64,000 bases of DNA, taken from the NCBI GenBank assembly GCA_963839885.1, contig CAWIWZ010000007.1, forward strand, positions 23,437-87,436, in the 5' to 3' direction. The position numbers were made by a program, and so were the translations under genes. Source of the stretch: an uncultured Gammaproteobacteria bacterium. Lineage in GTDB: Bacteria; Pseudomonadota; Gammaproteobacteria; Steroidobacterales; Steroidobacteraceae. The notes under the pieces were generated by a model. It had not been told where the DNA came from and did not search any database. It worked only from the letters and a program-made list of their open reading frames with translations. Shown piece by piece: positions 59,800 through 64,000 of this stretch (position 1 is the first letter of the stretch; the number at the start of each line of letters is the position of its first letter).

Positions 59800-60732
59800 A
59801 TGATTCCTGCCCGCCAAATCGGCATCGTCGAAGTCGGGCCGCGTGACGGTCTGCAGAACGAAGCGACCGCAGTCCCGACCGCGGGCAAGGTCGAGTTTAT
59901 TCGTCGCGCCGTTGAAGCCGGCCTGAAGCGCATCGAGGTCGCGAGCTTCGTCAACCCAAAGCGCGTGCCGCAGATGGCCGATGCCGAAGCCATCCTGCAG
60001 GCGCTGCCGCGCAAAGACGGCGTACGCTACATCGGCCTCGTGCTGAACCGCGCCGGCTTCGACCGGGCCGCCGCCGCGGGCTGCGGCGAAATCGGCATGG
60101 TCGTATTCACGACCGACACCTTCAATCGGCGCAACCAGGGCGTGGACAGCGCCCAGTCGATCCGCGTCTGGCGCGAGATCGCGGCGGCGGCCCATGCGGC
60201 CGGGATCCCCGCGCAGGTGACGATTTCCGCTGCCTTCGGCTGCCCATTCGAGGGCGAAATCGCCGTGTCACGGGTCGTCGAGATCGCGCGCGAAATCGCG
60301 GACGGCGCGCCGTTTGAAATCGCGATCGCCGATACCATCGGCGTCGGCGTGCCCGGCCAGGTGACAGATATCTTCGGCCAGGTCGGCGCGGCGCTGCCTG
60401 GCATGAGCCTGCGCGGCCATTTCCACAACACGCGCAATACCGGGCTCGCGAATGCATACGCCGCCATCATGGCTGGGGCGAGCACACTGGATGCCAGTCT
60501 CGGCGGCCTGGGCGGCTGCCCCTTCGCGCCGGCTGCGACCGGCAACATACCGACCGAAGACCTGCTCTACATGCTCAGCCGCATGGGCGTAGAGACAGGC
60601 GTCGATCTCGATCGCACGATTGAGACGGCGCGCTGGGTGGAGCAACAGGTCGGACATGCCGTGCCAGGCATGCTGATCAAGGCCGGTCCGTTTCCCGGCG
60701 GCGCACGACGGACACACGCGGGCACAAACTGA
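59800..60732 (+). CDS. Hydroxymethylglutaryl-CoA lyase.
   Basis: IVEVGPRDGLQNE, RIEVASFVNPKRVPQMAD, ISAAFGCPFEGE, IADTIGVGVPGQV, GHFHNTRNTGLANAYAA, LGGLGGCPFAPAATGNIPTEDL. The ORF track opens at 59662. Confidence 0.88.
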   Translation: MIPARQIGIVEVGPRDGLQNEATAVPTAGKVEFIRRAVEAGLKRIEVASFVNPKRVPQMADAEAILQALPRKDGVRYIGLVLNRAGFDRAAAAGCGEIGMVVFTTDTFNRRNQGVDSAQSIRVWREIAAAAHAAGIPAQVTISAAFGCPFEGEIAVSRVVEIAREIADGAPFEIAIADTIGVGVPGQVTDIFGQVGAALPGMSLRGHFHNTRNTGLANAYAAIMAGASTLDASLGGLGGCPFAPAATGNIPTEDLLYMLSRMGVETGVDLDRTIETARWVEQQVGHAVPGMLIKAGPFPGGARRTHAGTN

Positions 60733-60753
60733 AGTACGCATGGAGATCACATC

Positions 60754-61239
60754 ATGACCATCAAGGTTGGCGACAGGATTCCCGAGGGCAAGCTCAAGCA
60801 GATGGGCCCGGATGGCCCGATGAACGTCACAGCGGAAGCGCTGCTCGGCAAGGGCCGCGTCGTGCTGTTTTCGGTGCCCGGCGCGTTCACCCCGACCTGC
60901 GACGCGAAACATCTGCCGGGTTTCATCGACAAGGCCACAGCACTTCGCGCCAAGGGCGTCAACCGAATCGTGTGCCTCGCCGTCAACGACGTGTTCGTCA
61001 TGAATGCCTGGGGCAAGTCCGCCGGCGTCGGCGACAAAATCGTGATGGCCGCAGACGGCAATGGCGACTACACGCGCGCGCTCGGGCTCGAACTCGACGC
61101 GAGCGGCCACGGCATGGGCATGCGCGGCAAGCGCTTCGCGCTGGTCATTGAGGACGGCGTGGTCACGCAGGTGCATGTCGAAGCGCCGGGCGAATTCAAG
61201 GTGTCAAGCGCCGAGCACATCCTGGCGGAGATGAAGTGA
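60754..61239 (+). CDS. Peroxiredoxin, Prx5-like (glutathione/glutaredoxin-dependent type).
   Basis: VVLFSVPGAFTPTCDAKHLPGF, CLAVNDVFVMNAWG, RFALVIEDGVV. Confidence 0.88.
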   Translation: MTIKVGDRIPEGKLKQMGPDGPMNVTAEALLGKGRVVLFSVPGAFTPTCDAKHLPGFIDKATALRAKGVNRIVCLAVNDVFVMNAWGKSAGVGDKIVMAADGNGDYTRALGLELDASGHGMGMRGKRFALVIEDGVVTQVHVEAPGEFKVSSAEHILAEMK

Positions 61240-61652
61240 TCGCGGGACCGATTTCCTTCCTGTACGCGGCGGTGCTCGGGCTTTTGCTGATCGCCCTGTC
61301 AGTCACCGTCGTGCTCGCGCGCCGGCGATTCCGCGTCGGGCTCGGTGTCGGCAAGGACGAGGAAATGCAGCAGGCAGTCCGCGTGCAGGGGAATTTCACC
61401 GAATATGTGCCGTTCGCGGTCGTTCTGCTGATCGTAGCCGAGATTACCGGCATGCCGCTGCCGGCCGTTCATGCGGCCGGCAGCGTGCTGGTCGTGAGTC
61501 GCCTGGTGCATGCGTGGGGGTTGTCCCACAGTCCCGGCCGTACGTTCGGCCGCTTCTATGGAACGGCCGGCACGTGGATCGTCATCACCGGACTGTCGCT
61601 CTGGATCCTGTTCGCGACTACAGCTGTTTCTCGATTTCCGGAATCAGGCTGA
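61236..61652 (+). CDS. MAPEG-family membrane protein.
   Basis: 138-aa ORF with 4 hydrophobic helices and RVQGNFTEYVPFAVVLL, a motif typical of MAPEG. The GTG start overlaps the prx stop (GTGA). Its 3' end overlaps etfA convergently. Confidence 0.7.
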   Translation: MIAGPISFLYAAVLGLLLIALSVTVVLARRRFRVGLGVGKDEEMQQAVRVQGNFTEYVPFAVVLLIVAEITGMPLPAVHAAGSVLVVSRLVHAWGLSHSPGRTFGRFYGTAGTWIVITGLSLWILFATTAVSRFPESG

Positions 61653-62556
61653 ACAGGTCGCCGACCAGGCCGTAGTCCGCCACCTCGAAGATCGGCGCTT
61701 CCGCATCTTTGTTGATCGCGACGATCGTGCGTGCGTCCTTGATTCCGGTCAGGTGCTGGATTGCGCCGCTGATGCCGATCGCGACATAGAGTTCCGGGGC
61801 GATGATCTTGCCGGTCTGGCCGACCTGCATTTCGTTCGGCGCGAAACCCGCGTCCACAGCCGCGCGTGATGCGCCGATCGCGGCGCCCAGCCGGTCGGCG
61901 AGGCGCTGGATCAACGCGAAATTCTCCTTGCTCCCGAGCGCACGACCCCCGGACACGACGCGTGCCGCCGTCTGCAGATCGGGCCGGTCGCTGCGCGCCG
62001 CCGATACCGACACAAACCGCGTATGCGTGGGCAGCGGCACGTCGACGTTTACGGATTCCACGGGCGCCGGGCCGCCCGCGGGCGCGGACTGGAACGACGC
62101 GACGCGCACGGTGGCGACGAGCTGCTGTCCGGCGGCGGCCTCGACCGTTGCGATGGCATTGCCCGCATAGACCGGGCGCTTGAACCGCATCGCGGATTCG
62201 ATCGACATCACGTCGCTGATCTGCGGTGCACCGAGCAGTGCGGCGACGCGTGGCATCAGGTCCTTGCCGAAGGTCGTCGACGGCCCGAGTACCAGGCCGT
62301 GTCCCTCAGCGAGCCTGGCGACCTGCGGGGCCAGCACCGCGGCGAGCGCGGGCTCGTTGGCCGGATTCTTGATTAGGAGGACGCGCGCGACACCGGCGAT
62401 TTTCGCCGCTTCGGCGGCGACCGCGCTGCCGTCCACGGCCAGCACGGCGATCGCGATTTCGGCGTCGGGAATCGCCGCCGCACAACTGACGCATTTGGCA
62501 ACGGATGCGTTGAGCTTGCCGTCCGTGTGTTCGGCGACGATCAGCACGCGATTCAT
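61618..62556 (-). CDS. etfA: Electron transfer flavoprotein alpha subunit.
   Basis: From [16 protein letters not shown]: [56 protein letters not shown]. The ORF-track extension to 62901 is rejected. The ATG overlaps the etfB stop. Confidence 0.92.
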   Translation of the reverse strand: MNRVLIVAEHTDGKLNASVAKCVSCAAAIPDAEIAIAVLAVDGSAVAAEAAKIAGVARVLLIKNPANEPALAAVLAPQVARLAEGHGLVLGPSTTFGKDLMPRVAALLGAPQISDVMSIESAMRFKRPVYAGNAIATVEAAAGQQLVATVRVASFQSAPAGGPAPVESVNVDVPLPTHTRFVSVSAARSDRPDLQTAARVVSGGRALGSKENFALIQRLADRLGAAIGASRAAVDAGFAPNEMQVGQTGKIIAPELYVAIGISGAIQHLTGIKDARTIVAINKDAEAPIFEVADYGLVGDLFSLIPEIEKQL

Positions 62557-63305
62557 CAGACGAGTCCTTTCTGCCGCAATGCCGCGACGAGTTCCGCCGC
62601 GTCCTTGACCATGACGCCCTTCTTTCGCTGCGGCGGCGGTTCGAGTCCGGCCACCTTGAGTTGCGACGCCGTCTCGATGCCGAGCGATGCGAGATCCGTA
62701 ATGTCGAGCGGCTTCTTCTTCGCCTTCATGATGTCGGGCAACTTGATGTAGCGCGGTTCGTTGAGGCGGAGGTCGGTCGTGACGACCGCCGGCAGGTCCA
62801 CCTCGATCGTCTCGAGTCCCGCGTCCACTTCGCGCGTCACGCGCGCGGTGTTGTCGGTCAATTCGAGCCTGGATGCGAAGGTTGCCTGCGGGCGCTGCCA
62901 CAGCGCGGCGAGCATCTGTCCGGTCTGGTTGCAGTCGTCGTCGATCGCCTGCTTGCCGAGGATCACAAGCATCGGCGATTCGCGGTCGACGAACGAGTGC
63001 AGCACGCGCGCGACCGCCGGCGGTTCGATGGCCTGATCGGTCCTGACGAGGATTGCGCGGTCAGCGCCCATTGCCAGCGCGTTGCGCAGTTGCTGCTGGG
63101 TGTCCTCCGGCCCGATGCTGATCGCGACGACTTCGTCGACGGCGCCGCGCTCCCGGATCCTCAGCGCCTCCTCGAGTGCGATCTCGTCGAACGGGTTGAT
63201 GCTCATCTTGACGCCGTCGGTCACGACGCCTGTCCCGTCCGGCCGCACGCGCACCCGCACGTTGTAGTCGATGACCCGCTTCAGCGCGACTAGAATCTTG
63301 CGCAT
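62556..63305 (-). CDS. etfB: Electron transfer flavoprotein beta subunit.
   Basis: Intact: MRKILVALKRVIDYNVRVRV, MSINPFDEIALEEALR, LGKQAIDDDCNQTGQMLA, LRLNEPRY. Confidence 0.92.
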   Translation of the reverse strand: MRKILVALKRVIDYNVRVRVRPDGTGVVTDGVKMSINPFDEIALEEALRIRERGAVDEVVAISIGPEDTQQQLRNALAMGADRAILVRTDQAIEPPAVARVLHSFVDRESPMLVILGKQAIDDDCNQTGQMLAALWQRPQATFASRLELTDNTARVTREVDAGLETIEVDLPAVVTTDLRLNEPRYIKLPDIMKAKKKPLDITDLASLGIETASQLKVAGLEPPPQRKKGVMVKDAAELVAALRQKGLV

Positions 63306-63449
63306 CCATCCGCCTCCATCAGTCCGCGCAGCATCCTATCGGAAGTTACGCCTTGTGGGTTAACATAGCATTATCAATCAGTAACTTGAATAACGTATTT
63401 CGTGTGACTTCGCAGTGATCACCCGCATGCACAGCGCCGCGACCGGCCA

Positions 63450-64000
63450 ATGAGCAGCCTCGCATTCGTCGCCCGCCGCCTGCTGGGGGCGATTCCGACG
63501 CTTGCCATCATCGTCGCGCTGTCGTTCCTGCTGACGCGCCTGGCGCCGGGCGGCCCGTTCGACGAGGAACAGGCACTGCCTCCCGAGATCCGCGCCAATC
63601 TGGAAGCGGCCTACGGGCTCGACCAGCCGGTGGCGACTCAGTTCGGCCGCTATGTAGCCGGCTTGCTGCGAGGCGATTTCGGACCATCCTTCAAGTTCCG
63701 CGACTTCACCGTGAGCGAACTGATTTCAAGCGGCCTGCCGGTCAGCCTGACGATCGGAGCGGCGGCGCTCCTGCTCGCCCTGGTGGTGGGTGTCCCGGCA
63801 GGCGTGTGGGCGGCGCTTTCGCGCGGCCGCTGGCCGGACCGGTTGCTGATGAGCTTTGCGGCCGCTGGCATCTCCGTGCCCATTTTCGTCATCGCGCCAT
63901 TTCTCGCGCTGGCGTTCGGCATCTGGCTGCGCTGGCTGCCAGTCGCCGGATGGACACCCGGGCAGATCTCGGATCTGGCGCTGCCAGTCGTGACCCTGGC
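63450..64000 (+). CDS. ABC transporter permease, Opp/Dpp (YejB-like) family. 3' end is beyond the window.
   Basis: My own translation from ATG 63450: MSSLAFVARRLLGAIPTLAIIVALSFLLTRLAPGGPFDEEQALPPEIRANLEAAYGLDQPVATQFGRYVAGLLRGDFGPSFKFRDF... Open to the window end, so absent from the ORF track. Confidence 0.8.
   Translation, partial: MSSLAFVARRLLGAIPTLAIIVALSFLLTRLAPGGPFDEEQALPPEIRANLEAAYGLDQPVATQFGRYVAGLLRGDFGPSFKFRDFTVSELISSGLPVSLTIGAAALLLALVVGVPAGVWAALSRGRWPDRLLMSFAAAGISVPIFVIAPFLALAFGIWLRWLPVAGWTPGQISDLALPVVTL

Noticed and set aside
59786-59802. Perfect TATAAT 8 nt upstream of the HMG-CoA lyase ATG, suggesting a leaderless mRNA.
   Set aside because: No acceptable -35 element at 16-18 nt spacing, and the gene may simply be co-transcribed with the upstream TPR gene. 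A single hexamer is not evidence.
62557-62901. Extension of etfA upstream into etfB (ORF 61618..62901).
   Set aside because: Out-of-frame overlap with intact etfB. Canonical EtfA begins at [10 protein letters not shown], with ATG overlapping the etfB stop.
1-64000. Programmed ribosomal frameshifting, recoding or RNA editing as an explanation for the many frame breaks.
   Set aside because: No shared slippery heptamer or downstream structure at the break points. The breaks go in both directions, are irregularly spaced and occur in dozens of unrelated genes. Consensus indel error is far more parsimonious.
1-64000. CRISPR arrays, toxin-antitoxin or restriction/defence islands, transposases, prophage.
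   Set aside because: No regularly spaced direct repeats, no recognisable defence, IS or phage proteins in any frame. The only mobile-element hint is the weak integrase-tail remnant near tRNA-Val.

Overview
High-GC (roughly 65%) proteobacterial chromosome segment. The gene order looks gammaproteobacterial (Xanthomonadales/Nevskiales-like), but that is inference only. Content is almost entirely core housekeeping:
- serC-serA-pheA-hisC-aroA-cmk-rpsA-ihfB-lapB, comEA, galU, cstA-ybdD, arsC, uvrB
- thrS-infC-rpmI-rplT-pheS-pheT-ihfA-merR-tRNA-Pro
- ligD-ku (NHEJ)
- a complete glutathione-dependent formaldehyde-to-CO2 cluster (frmA-gfa-fdh-fghA)
- ald, and an acyl-CoA dehydrogenase/SDR/ACAD/kinase group
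- a lysA-like decarboxylase
- tonB-tonB-exbB-exbD followed by two paralogous TPR genes
- HMG-CoA lyase, prx-MAPEG, etfBA, and the start of an ABC permease
- three tRNAs (Asn-GTT, Val-GAC, Pro-GGG)

I found no CRISPR array, no intact mobile element, no rRNA, and no recognisable defence system. I do not see a convincing novel multi-gene system.

The most striking property is technical or biological damage. About 50 reading-frame breaks are concentrated in blocks (rpsA, thrS-to-merR, the two TPR genes), while other long blocks (8.1-25.7 kb, 41.5-46.2 kb) are clean. Essential single-copy genes are hit repeatedly, so these are most likely consensus indel errors rather than true pseudogenes. Genes that cannot be translated as one ORF are typed pseudogene as sequenced.

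Best second-look items:
- a conserved hairpin repeat family at two loci
- a lower-GC degenerate segment downstream of tRNA-Val, holding a small zinc-ribbon gene whose in-frame TGA sits where a Cys is expected
- an SDR-ACAD-kinase trio resembling the Lva / ACAD10-11 4-hydroxyacyl-CoA logic
- a Lys/Ala/Pro-rich tail on formate dehydrogenase
- a secreted protein made of two diverged copies of an unknown domain
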